This document shows, one piece after another, positions 9,571-18,076 of a stretch of DNA of 32,512 bases. The notes under the pieces are model-generated. The model did not search any database. It was not told where the DNA came from and worked only from the letters and a program-made list of their open reading frames with translations. This stretch comes from Candidatus Micrarchaeia archaeon (GTDB taxonomy: Archaea > Micrarchaeota > Micrarchaeia > Anstonellales > J096): the NCBI GenBank assembly GCA_041500865.1, contig JBGQMY010000011.1, forward strand, positions 1 to 32,512, read 5' to 3'. How positions within the stretch are numbered: the first letter of the stretch is position 1; each line of letters starts with the position of its first letter. Position numbers and translations under genes: made by a program.

Positions 9571-10805
9571 TACGCTTCGCCCCTTGCCTTTATGCCAATT
9601 AACCTTTCAAGCTCCCTCCTGTATTCCACTGGCAGCGACAGCGTGAACGGCTTGGCGAAGCCGACGACCATGCTGGCCTTTGCCTCATCCTCTTGGATGC
9701 CCCTTGCCATGAGATACTCAATCGCGTCCTGGCTGAAAACGAATGTTGACGTTTCGTGGCTTGACCACGAGTCCCTTGAATCGTCTGTCACGAGCGGGCT
9801 GCTGGTTGCAGAGCTTCCGGCGTCCAACAGCATGGACTCGCATTCGCCGAAGGCCGAGCAGCCGTTCCCTTCGATGGCAGTCGTGCTTGAGTAGTCAGCC
9901 CTTCCGCCGTTGCCTGCAAGGGACTTGCTTTTCACGTTGGCGCTGCACCCTTTTCCCTTCATCAGTATCTGGTCAACGACCCTGGTTATTTGGCCCCTTG
10001 ATGCGGCTATGAAGGTTGAGACGTCGGCCTTTGCGCCGTCGCCCTCCAGCACCATGGACAGCGTCTTGTGGTTGCTGCTGCCCCCGAAGCTGCCGTCCAT
10101 CCACCTTATGCATGCGCCCTTCTTGAGCACAGCCCTCTTGAAGCCCTTTGTGGCAACATTAGGGCTCCAGTTTTGCATGCTGGCCATCTCCAGCTTGGCA
10201 TTTTTCCCGACCATTATCTCGGTTATGCTCTTGTGGTCGGAATATTCCCTGTATATAGGAGCTACGCAGCCCTCCATGAACTTGACGTCCGTGTTCTCCT
10301 CGCAGACGATGAGCGCCCTCGGAACCTGGGAAAAGCCGCCCTTGTCTATTATGAAGACGACGTTTATCTGGAACGGGATTCTCACGCCTTTTGGCACGTA
10401 GACGAACACGCCGCCGTCCCAGAACGCCGTGTTGTACGCCGCGTATGCGTTCTCTTTGTAGTCAACTATCTTTGACAGGTATCTTTTCACAAGGCTGCCG
10501 TTCTCCCTTATGGCTTCCACCAAAGGCTTGACAATCATGCCCTTGCCGAAGCCTTCAGGAACAGGGTTCATGTACACCTTGTCGTTGACCTGGGAGATGC
10601 CGAGCATGTAATCCTTCTCGTTTTCCCTTACGCCCATCCTGTCAAGCAGCCTTTTTGTCTCGTCCCTGCTGGCGGATGGCGCGGCCCCTGGCCTGGACAG
10701 CGTTCCGCCTATTTCCGTGTAATAGTCGAATGCCTTTAGCCTCAGGTCGGTAAGCCAGTCCGGCTCGCCCCTGGCCTTGCTTCTCTGCTCTATATTGTTT
10801 TCCAT
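9570..10805 (-). CDS. sufB: Fe-S cluster assembly scaffold SufB (SufBD family)
   Basis: EPDWLTDLRLKAF, NTAFWDGGVFVYVPKGV, EGCVAP, MQNWS, CESMLL...SHET, YLMARGIQEDEAKASMVVGF. Confidence 0.92.
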   Translation of the reverse strand: MENNIEQRSKARGEPDWLTDLRLKAFDYYTEIGGTLSRPGAAPSASRDETKRLLDRMGVRENEKDYMLGISQVNDKVYMNPVPEGFGKGMIVKPLVEAIRENGSLVKRYLSKIVDYKENAYAAYNTAFWDGGVFVYVPKGVRIPFQINVVFIIDKGGFSQVPRALIVCEENTDVKFMEGCVAPIYREYSDHKSITEIMVGKNAKLEMASMQNWSPNVATKGFKRAVLKKGACIRWMDGSFGGSSNHKTLSMVLEGDGAKADVSTFIAASRGQITRVVDQILMKGKGCSANVKSKSLAGNGGRADYSSTTAIEGNGCSAFGECESMLLDAGSSATSSPLVTDDSRDSWSSHETSTFVFSQDAIEYLMARGIQEDEAKASMVVGFAKPFTLSLPVEYRRELERLIGIKARGEA

Positions 10806-10820
10806 TGCGGTTATTGGGTT

Positions 10821-10860
10821 GGGTTAAATATTTAAACCCTAATGTTCAATAGTTAAACAT
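10821..10860. promoter_or_regulatory. Bidirectional TATA core and candidate operator between sufB and lrp-sufC
   Basis: Perfect palindrome TTAAATATTTAA at 10824-10835 in a 53-bp divergent gap; imperfect inverted repeat ATGTTCAA-TAG-TTAAACAT at 10842-10860. Confidence 0.55.
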
Positions 10861-11260
10861 GTTGGACAAGAAAGACAACCTCATACTGGCCGCGCTGGCA
10901 AGGAACGCAAGGATGCCCATGACGGAGATGGCAAAAAGGCTCGGCATAAGCAACACTGCAACGAAAAAAAGGATTGGGCGGCTTGAGAAGAACGGCATAA
11001 TACGCGGATACAGGGCAGACATCGACTTCGGGGCAGTCGGCAAAAGCGACTTCATGATAATGGCAAACGTCCCTTCGGGAAAATCCTCTGCAATGGAGAA
11101 GATACTGGCGGAGAGCGACATAGCGCTGTTCAAGGCCAACAACTTCGAGAGGACGATGTACTACGCCTTTGTGGGCGAGGGCATGAAGGAGGCCATCATG
11201 GACAGGCTGAAGAAGGCCGGCCTGGAGTGCCTTGCCGTCAAGGTCTCAAGGGTGGTCTGA
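10859..11260 (+). CDS. Lrp/AsnC family transcriptional regulator
   Basis: LDKKDNLILAALARNARMPMTEMAKRLGISNTATKKRIGRLEKNGIIRGY is the AsnC-type wHTH. Confidence 0.92.
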   Translation: MLDKKDNLILAALARNARMPMTEMAKRLGISNTATKKRIGRLEKNGIIRGYRADIDFGAVGKSDFMIMANVPSGKSSAMEKILAESDIALFKANNFERTMYYAFVGEGMKEAIMDRLKKAGLECLAVKVSRVV

Positions 11261-11949
11261 TGCTGAGGCTGGACAAGTTAAGCGTTTCTTCCGGCAGCAA
11301 AACGATTGTTGACAACGTAAGCCATTCCTTTGGGGCTGGGGTTTATGCAGTGATGGGGCCCAACGGCTCCGGGAAGTCGACCTTGGCTAAAGCGATAATG
11401 GGGATGGCGGACTATTCGGGAAGCGTTTCGCTTGGCGGAAAGAAGCTGGACGGGCTGAAGATTGACGAAAGGGCGCGGCTTGGCGTGTTCCTGCTGTTCC
11501 AGCATACGCCTCATCTTCCGGGCATAAGCCTTCTGGACATCGCAAAGGCGGTTTTCAGGGACAAGACGCTGATGGAAACAATGGATTTGGTTGAGAATGC
11601 GGCGGAAAAGGCCGGGCTGAAGGCGGATTATATCAACAAGCCGATTGACAGGACCTGGTCCGGCGGCGAGCTGAAGAAGGCGGAAGTAATCCAGATGCTC
11701 CTGCTCAAGCCGAAGGTCGTGATAGCGGACGAGGTTGACGCAGGGGTTGACGTTGACTCGCTTGAAAGGATAATGAGGGCGATAACGGAGAGCGGGGCCG
11801 AGACAGTGATTTTCATTTCCCACATACCGGCGACAGTTGAGAGAATAAAACCGGACAGCGTTATTGTACTGAAACACGGAAAGGTCGTGGCAGAAGGAAA
11901 GAAGGAACTGCTGAAGAAGATAGAAAAGGAAGGGTACGATGGATTTTGA
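11260..11949 (+). CDS. sufC: Fe-S assembly ABC-type ATPase SufC
   Basis: MGPNGSGKSTLA, ERARLGVFLLFQ, WSGGELKKAEVIQM, ADEVDAGVDVD, FISH; TGATG overlap with the regulator; adjacent to sufB/sufD. Confidence 0.9.
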   Translation: MLRLDKLSVSSGSKTIVDNVSHSFGAGVYAVMGPNGSGKSTLAKAIMGMADYSGSVSLGGKKLDGLKIDERARLGVFLLFQHTPHLPGISLLDIAKAVFRDKTLMETMDLVENAAEKAGLKADYINKPIDRTWSGGELKKAEVIQMLLLKPKVVIADEVDAGVDVDSLERIMRAITESGAETVIFISHIPATVERIKPDSVIVLKHGKVVAEGKKELLKKIEKEGYDGF

Positions 11950-11971
11950 GATATAAATTTGTAATATTATA

Positions 11972-12622
11972 TTATATCATTTTTCTAAATTTATTTTCTA
12001 AATCTAGAATAGTAATTGTACCTAGAGAACCATAAAGAAAACGATTATATTTTATCGAAGCTACGTCGAATACCGGTGTTCTTTCCGAAATAATATCTTT
12101 TCCATTTATATGGATCGAAATCCATAAATATAATGGTTCTTTATCCCAATTAGGTGTTTCTTCATTAATAAATAGTTCCGGAACTCCTTGATTATAATAG
12201 AGGTGCATATCATCTTTATGTACCGGACTCAAACGAACAATACTTTTTAGATTGTTTATGTTACGGAAATCAAAAGAGAGAGATAAGTTTACTGATTCAC
12301 CAGAACGAATAGTTTGAGGAAGATCTGATAAAAATGGTTTTTCACTATGTATTTTTCCTCCTGAGGTTTGTTTTAACATACCAACTGCATCAGTTATTGA
12401 AATAGTATTAGCTGTTTCATTTAATATTACAACATTTGTTGTGATACTAATACCAACTAATTTATTATCAACTTTTAATTCTTCAAAGGTACCATAAGAG
12501 CTTACGATCTCAACTTTCTTTTTAGAATTTTTCCAGCGATCATATATAAGAAATAAAACACCAAATCCTCCAAGAGCACTTATTATTTGAAAAAGTAAAA
12601 AAATTATATTCCAAATGTCCAT
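11972..12622 (-). CDS. AT-rich hypothetical protein with N-terminal transmembrane helix
   Basis: 216-aa ORF in visibly AT-rich DNA; hydrophobic N-terminus IWNIIFLLFQIISALGGFGVLFLIY followed by DRWKNSKKK. Confidence 0.75.
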   Translation of the reverse strand: MDIWNIIFLLFQIISALGGFGVLFLIYDRWKNSKKKVEIVSSYGTFEELKVDNKLVGISITTNVVILNETANTISITDAVGMLKQTSGGKIHSEKPFLSDLPQTIRSGESVNLSLSFDFRNINNLKSIVRLSPVHKDDMHLYYNQGVPELFINEETPNWDKEPLYLWISIHINGKDIISERTPVFDVASIKYNRFLYGSLGTITILDLENKFRKMI

Positions 12623-12628
12623 ATATAA

Positions 12629-14266
12629 TCATTCCTCGTCCTTCGCGCCCTTCATCTCTTCCCCGCGCTTCCTTGCCGGGGCGATGAGCTTTTCCAGTTC
12701 CGCGTCCTCTATCTTCCTGAAAAGCGGAACCACGTCCTTCAACGCAGCCGGCTTCTTGCCGATGTCGTTCCACGAAAACTTGGCGAACCCGAAGTTGTCC
12801 AGCAGCCTCTGCGATGAAAACGGGATGAACGGGGAAAGCAATATGCTTATGCCTACAACGCCGATGGCGGAGGTCGCGAGCGTCCTGTCCCTGTCTGTTG
12901 GCTCCTGCTTCCACGGCTCGCTGTCGCTGATATACCTATTGAACTCAGAAGAGACCGCCATTATCTTGTCAAGCGCGGCCTTGAACTCAAACGCCTCCAG
13001 GTCCTTGGTTATCTCCGTTTTCGCGGAATCCAGCTTTTTCAGCATCCCGGCGTCCGGCTCAACCGAAGGTACTTTTGAGTCACAGGACTTCTTCAGCAGG
13101 TTCTCAACGCGGAAAACGAGGTTTCCATAGTTGGCAATCAGTTCATTATTCACCTTTGCCTTTAACTCCTGCAGCGAAAAGTCCGCGTCCGTAAGAGAGT
13201 ACGGCGTTATGGACGTCATATAATACCTCAAATAGTCCGGCGGGAACACGGAAAGGTATTCCTTCAGGGTGATATACCAGCCCCTGCTCTTGGAGAACTT
13301 CTTCCCTTCAAGCGTCAGGTGCCCGCGCGTGGGTATCGCATAAGGCAGCGAATAGTTATCTTTCGTTCCGGAAAGCATGGACGGCCAGAACAGGTAGTGA
13401 TGGTATATTATGTCCTTTCCGATGAAATGGACTACTTTTGCGTCGCTCCCTTTCCAGTATTGCTGCCAATCCGTCGTCAACGCGGCGGTTGAGGAAATAT
13501 AGCCGATTGGCGCGTCAAACCAGACATAGAAGACAAGGTCCTTTTCCCCTGGGATGGGAACGCCCCATTTGAGGTTCCTGCTTATGTCCCAGTCTATCAG
13601 CTCGTTTATCCAGTTCAGGACGTATGCCTTGACTTCCTTCTGGAAGCGCGGATTGCCCTCAATATATCCTTTCAGCTCGTCCTTGAACGCGCTGAGCTTG
13701 AAGAAATAATGCTCCGACTCCTTGAGGATTGGCGCAAGCCCGCAGATGGCGCAGTGGGGGTTTTTCAGGTCCTGCGGCCCGAACGTCCTTCCGCAGCTCT
13801 CGCACTGGTCCCCGTATTGGTCCTCGGCCCCGCAGAAGGGGCAGGTGCCCCTGACATACCTGTCAGGAAGGTACATCTTGTCCTTCTCGCAGTAGAACTG
13901 CTTCACCTGCCTCTTGAATATGAAGCCATTTTTCATATTTTTATTGAAGATGTCCTGCGTGATTGCCGTGTTTTCCTTGCTTTCGGTGTGGTGGAATATG
14001 TCAAAGGAGAAACCGAGCGCCGCAAACTCCTTTTTGTCCTTCTCGTGGTAATACTTGACAAACTCCGCAGGGGTTTTTTTCTCCTTGCCGGCATTGACCT
14101 CTATCGGCGTGCCATGCTCGTCGGTCGCGCAGATGTAGAGCGCATCGTTGCCAATTAGCCTGTTGAACCTTGCGCAGATGTCGCCTGGAAGGTAGGTGCT
14201 CCTGATGTGGCCAAGGTGGAGCGGACCGTTTGCGTAAGGCAATGCGGCGGTTATGAGCGTCCTCAT
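12629..14266 (-). CDS. metG: Methionine--tRNA ligase
   Basis: ITAALPYANGPLHLGH, TDEHGTPI, zinc knuckles CPFC/CESC/CAIC, YVWFDAPIGY, HFIGKDI, KFSKS; no C-terminal tRNA-binding domain. Confidence 0.98.
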   Translation of the reverse strand: MRTLITAALPYANGPLHLGHIRSTYLPGDICARFNRLIGNDALYICATDEHGTPIEVNAGKEKKTPAEFVKYYHEKDKKEFAALGFSFDIFHHTESKENTAITQDIFNKNMKNGFIFKRQVKQFYCEKDKMYLPDRYVRGTCPFCGAEDQYGDQCESCGRTFGPQDLKNPHCAICGLAPILKESEHYFFKLSAFKDELKGYIEGNPRFQKEVKAYVLNWINELIDWDISRNLKWGVPIPGEKDLVFYVWFDAPIGYISSTAALTTDWQQYWKGSDAKVVHFIGKDIIYHHYLFWPSMLSGTKDNYSLPYAIPTRGHLTLEGKKFSKSRGWYITLKEYLSVFPPDYLRYYMTSITPYSLTDADFSLQELKAKVNNELIANYGNLVFRVENLLKKSCDSKVPSVEPDAGMLKKLDSAKTEITKDLEAFEFKAALDKIMAVSSEFNRYISDSEPWKQEPTDRDRTLATSAIGVVGISILLSPFIPFSSQRLLDNFGFAKFSWNDIGKKPAALKDVVPLFRKIEDAELEKLIAPARKRGEEMKGAKDEE

Positions 14267-14343
14267 TTGTTAAAACCCTAAAAGGATAGATAAGAAATGC
14301 TTTTTAATGGCTTTCCATTTTGCGCCGAGCAGGGCAATACCGT

Positions 14344-14372
14344 TTTTATTCCCTTTGCCGCACAATAAACCC
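14344..14372 (+). promoter_or_regulatory. TATA-like box plus CCTTTGCCGCACAAT element (copy 2)
   Basis: TTTTAT at 14344-14349; 15-mer at 14352-14366, 6 bp before ATG 14373. Confidence 0.7.
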
Positions 14373-15026
14373 ATGCAGGAAAGGAAGCTCCAGAAGAATA
14401 TTCTGGCAAAGGCGCCAACTAATCTCAAAGCTGATATCATAAAGAGCGGAAAAAGGGCATTATCAGAAGAAAAGCAGAAACAACTCAACGATATGCTATT
14501 GGACGCTGCCAAAGCAGGCAAAACAAAAAGGGCGGAGAGACTGCTGAAGAAAGGCGCAAGCATAGAAGCAAAGGACAATGGCGGCTGGACTGCGCTCATG
14601 TTTGCCGCATGGAACGGAAACACCCCAACCTGCGCGTTCCTGCTTGACAAAGGCGCAAACATCAACGCAAAGGACAATAACGGCGCGACTGCGCTCATGC
14701 GGGCTGCATGGAACGGGCATACTCAAACATGTGCCCTATTGCTTGAGCACAATGCAAGCATCGAGGCAAAGAGCAATGGCGACGGGACTGTGCTCAGGAT
14801 TGCCGCATGGAGAGGACACACCCAAACCTGCATTTTCCTGCTTGAAAAAGGCGCGGATTTGAACGCGGAGGCTGAAAAAGGAGATTGGAAGGGCATGGCC
14901 GCGTCCTCAATTGCTGAAGGAAACGGCGAAAAGGAAACGGCCGCATTCCTCAAATCCATGGAATGGCTTGCTGACGCGACTGGAAACATATTCATGAAAT
15001 CATTTAGCGAGTGCATCGGCCAGTGA
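14373..15026 (+). CDS. Ankyrin repeat protein (about 5 repeats) with conserved Cys-containing tail
   Basis: Repeats KDNGGWTALMFAAWNG, KDNNGATALMRAAWNG, GTVLRIAAWRG; ATG 14373 chosen from the family upstream element. Confidence 0.93.
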   Translation: MQERKLQKNILAKAPTNLKADIIKSGKRALSEEKQKQLNDMLLDAAKAGKTKRAERLLKKGASIEAKDNGGWTALMFAAWNGNTPTCAFLLDKGANINAKDNNGATALMRAAWNGHTQTCALLLEHNASIEAKSNGDGTVLRIAAWRGHTQTCIFLLEKGADLNAEAEKGDWKGMAASSIAEGNGEKETAAFLKSMEWLADATGNIFMKSFSECIGQ

Positions 15027-15051
15027 ACGCAACCGCAGCTGCCCCTTCCGC

Positions 15052-16656
15052 TCATTCCATCTTTTCCGCCAATTCCCTTGTGCCGTCTGAGCATATTGCC
15101 CTGTACATCGTGTTGTAGCTTACGGCATCGTAGTAAACGCTGAAGGGGAATACAGGCGCCTGGCCATAGTATAGTGACGTGAAGATGTCTCCGCCCAGTA
15201 CCGAGTCGTCTGTGCCATCATCCACAAATACTTTCACATGGTCGGGCCGCTGGACGCCAAAGTTCGCATTGACCTCGGCGCTCGCATTCCCAAGGTCCCC
15301 TGAAACCTCGACCGGCACCCACTCGCCGTCGTAAAACTCAACCCACCTGTGGCCCATGTACTGTTCGGGGTTTCTTTCCACCACATACCCTTTGACGAAC
15401 CTGGCCGGGATGCCGTCTGCGCGCAGCACCGATACGTAAAGGTTCGAGAGCTCGTCGCATTTCCCCTTGCCGCTGTGCAGCGTGTCTATCGGCGAGCGCG
15501 TGTAATTGTAGCCCTCAGGGCTGATGTAGTACACGGTGCTGTTCTTGAGCCATATGAACAGCGCTTTCGCGACAGTCCAGGCGTCGTCGCTCCCTGTTTC
15601 GCTTTTCACCCGTTGCGCTATTGACCTTATCTCCGGGTCGTAGGGGTCAATCAGCGCCTGTCCGCCCTTGGTCGTTTCGCTTCCCAGGTAATTGGGCTGC
15701 ATTGATGCGGCGTCCGCGATGCCCATCTCCTTTTGGCTGTAGAGCTGCATGGTCCCTGTCCCGTCCATGTTCATGTAGACGTGCCCCGCAACAGGGAAAT
15801 AGCTCCTTTCGGAGTTGTTGAGCGTCCATTTCAGCATCCGGTTGCCTGCCTGGGATGTGATGCTGAATTTAGAAAGCTTGCCGTCCGCTGCCGGATATAT
15901 GTCGTATGTCGCCCCTTCCGGATATGACACGAAAAACTCCATCTCTGCGCGATTGAGGGTTCCGCTGAATCCGTATTTCAGCACATAGTTGACTGAAGCA
16001 TTGACGGCGTAGTAAAGGCAGTCCCTTGCGATTGTGGCGTTCCAGGCGTAGAAATGCCCGCCAAAAAGGGTAAAGTTGGCGATAGTCACGTTTCTGTATC
16101 CTGCCTTCGAGACGACAATTCCATAGGTGCCTTCAGGAACCCCGCTGATGTTATACTTTCCGCTTGCGTCAGTTACGTCGCTGTAGCTGGAGGCATTGCC
16201 CATGAGCATGACAGAGGCGTTTTCCAAGGGAGCATTTCCCAAGTTTGCCACCGTGCCATAAAGGCCGCCAGTGGAGCCAACAAGAAAGAACATCCAGGAG
16301 CGGGAATATCCGCCAAGGATGGCAAAGTCGGCGAGGGTCTGGTTTGCGTAGCCTGCCTTACGGACGGCAATGGTATAAATGCCTTCAGGCACTTCGCTGA
16401 GGTTATATTTCCCGTTTGCGTCGGTCAAGCCACTATAATTGGAGGCATTGCCCATCAGCAGAATTGAGGCGTTTTCCAAGGGGGCGTTGTCCATGTCCGC
16501 GACCTTGCCATAAACGCCGCCAATCATATCCCTTTGCGGCATGCTATAGTTGTATGTATCGGTTGAGGTGTTTTCCGTGAGGCCGCTCAGGCCGCAGCAT
16601 CCGGCTGCAAGGATAACGGATAAGACCAGGATTATGCCGATTGGAATCTTGCGCAT
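15052..16656 (-). CDS. Predicted surface lipoprotein: two carboxypeptidase-regulatory-like beta-sandwich domains plus transglutaminase-like domain
   Basis: Signal peptide MRKIPIGIILVLSVILAAG-C; two 84-aa repeats (G.V...N APLENAS...TDA.GKYN.S.VPEG.Y.I.V.KAGY; DNA period 252 bp); GKCDELSNLYVSVLRADGIPAR, GHRW, WVPVE; many N-x-S/T sequons. Confidence 0.88.
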   Translation of the reverse strand: MRKIPIGIILVLSVILAAGCCGLSGLTENTSTDTYNYSMPQRDMIGGVYGKVADMDNAPLENASILLMGNASNYSGLTDANGKYNLSEVPEGIYTIAVRKAGYANQTLADFAILGGYSRSWMFFLVGSTGGLYGTVANLGNAPLENASVMLMGNASSYSDVTDASGKYNISGVPEGTYGIVVSKAGYRNVTIANFTLFGGHFYAWNATIARDCLYYAVNASVNYVLKYGFSGTLNRAEMEFFVSYPEGATYDIYPAADGKLSKFSITSQAGNRMLKWTLNNSERSYFPVAGHVYMNMDGTGTMQLYSQKEMGIADAASMQPNYLGSETTKGGQALIDPYDPEIRSIAQRVKSETGSDDAWTVAKALFIWLKNSTVYYISPEGYNYTRSPIDTLHSGKGKCDELSNLYVSVLRADGIPARFVKGYVVERNPEQYMGHRWVEFYDGEWVPVEVSGDLGNASAEVNANFGVQRPDHVKVFVDDGTDDSVLGGDIFTSLYYGQAPVFPFSVYYDAVSYNTMYRAICSDGTRELAEKME

Positions 16657-16714
16657 GTTCCATTATCCCTTGGCAGGTTAAAAAATGCTTGCATCCGGGC
16701 TGGGACCAATAGCA

Positions 16715-16743
16715 TTTTAACCCCTTTGCCGCACAATTGAGGC
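16715..16743 (+). promoter_or_regulatory. TATA-like box plus CCTTTGCCGCACAAT element (copy 3)
   Basis: TTTTAA at 16715-16720; 15-mer at 16723-16737, 6 bp before ATG 16744. Confidence 0.7.
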
Positions 16744-17337
16744 ATGGAGCAGCGGCAGGTTGTGCGCAACAATGGCATAAAACCAGGAATAATGCGCAAA
16801 GGGCAGGAGCCTGTGGAAAGTAATAGTTCAGGCGTTGCACAGCTCCGGCAAAGCAAGCTCAATTCGGGTCTTTGGCGCGCCGTCATAAACAGAAATGAAG
16901 GAAAGGTAATTCGGCTTATCAGCGAAGGCGCGGATGTAAGCGCTAAAGCCGGCGACGGCACGACCGCGCTCATGGAGGCTGCCAAATATGGGTGTGCCGG
17001 GATATGTGCGCTTCTGATGGATGCATGCACAAAGGCAGGCGGGAACATAAAGGAATTGATAACAGCAGACGATAAAAACGGCTGGACGCCGCTGCACTGG
17101 GCCGCGGAACATGGAAAAACCCGGGCCTGCGTACGGATTGTAATGGGATACGCAAAAGCAGGCGGAAACGTAAATGAGCTCATAAATTTATGGGGAAGGG
17201 GGGATGGCTGGACGCCAATTATGCTTGCCGAAAAATATGCAGCTGAAACCGGGCAGGCCCTCAAATCAATCGGGTGGCTTGATTACAAAATAGGAAATTC
17301 ATTTATACTGTCCTTCAGTGATTGCATCAGCCAGTGA
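16744..17337 (+). CDS. Ankyrin repeat protein with conserved Cys-containing tail
   Basis: GDGTTALMEAAKYG, DKNGWTPLHWAAEHG, GDGWTPIMLA; tail LKSIGWL..GNSFILSFSDCISQ. Confidence 0.92.
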   Translation: MEQRQVVRNNGIKPGIMRKGQEPVESNSSGVAQLRQSKLNSGLWRAVINRNEGKVIRLISEGADVSAKAGDGTTALMEAAKYGCAGICALLMDACTKAGGNIKELITADDKNGWTPLHWAAEHGKTRACVRIVMGYAKAGGNVNELINLWGRGDGWTPIMLAEKYAAETGQALKSIGWLDYKIGNSFILSFSDCISQ

Positions 17338-18076
17338 AAGCAATAGCAGAATAACCTACAACACCGCTCTTCGGGCCTGCCGTGTCCCCGGAGTTCTTGT
17401 ACATTATCAGTTTCGGCTTCCATTTCCTTTTCCGCGCGATGTGAATCAAAATCTTTATCGGCTCCCTGCCGCATGCGTCGCCCTCCTGCAAGGCGAAATC
17501 ATCAAGCTTCAGTATCTTGTCAACCGTCTTTTTGTCGGTGTAAACGGCCTCGTCATAAGGCAGGTAGTGGCTCAGGTCCGAGCTGACGACAATGAGGCCC
17601 TTGAAGACCTTGTCAATGTAGTCCTTCATCAGGGTGTTGGGCTGCAATTCACCGACAAGCAAAGGATGAATAGTCACGTCCCCAAAGACGTGCTGGATGA
17701 ACGGGACTTGGACCTCAAGCGAATGCTCAGGCACAAGCGCCTCATTGAAGATTTGGATATTCGGAAAAGGGGATGACTTTATTTCGCCAAGAGGCGTTAC
17801 CCATGAGTCAAAGTCGCCCTGGACAACGTCCGGGAACGGAAAATAGTGCGAGGGCCCCATGAGCGTTATGTCCTTGCCCTTGAAAGCTGATGCTGCCCTG
17901 TACGCGGCCATGGCGACAAGCCCGGAATAGACGTAGCCTGCATGGGGCGCGATTATTGCCTTGACGTTCTCAAGCGGCTTGACAGTGAGAGAAGACTCAA
18001 ACTTGGCGAACATTGAAAGGATTTCTTCCTTTGAGCCGGGATAGAACGAGCCTGCGACGTAAGGCTGGCGCTTCAT
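17327..18076 (-). CDS. amrB: MEMO1 family / AmmeMemoRadiSam system protein B
   Basis: RQPYVAGSFYP, IAPHAGYVYSG, GPSH, EHSLEVQVPF, SSDLSHY, ACG, NSGD..VVGY. Confidence 0.93.
   Translation of the reverse strand: MKRQPYVAGSFYPGSKEEILSMFAKFESSLTVKPLENVKAIIAPHAGYVYSGLVAMAAYRAASAFKGKDITLMGPSHYFPFPDVVQGDFDSWVTPLGEIKSSPFPNIQIFNEALVPEHSLEVQVPFIQHVFGDVTIHPLLVGELQPNTLMKDYIDKVFKGLIVVSSDLSHYLPYDEAVYTDKKTVDKILKLDDFALQEGDACGREPIKILIHIARKRKWKPKLIMYKNSGDTAGPKSGVVGYSAIAFTG

Noticed and set aside
14307..14372. Longer N-terminus (MAFHFAPS..) for the ankyrin gene
   Set aside because: It runs through the conserved promoter element; ATG 14373 matches family spacing.
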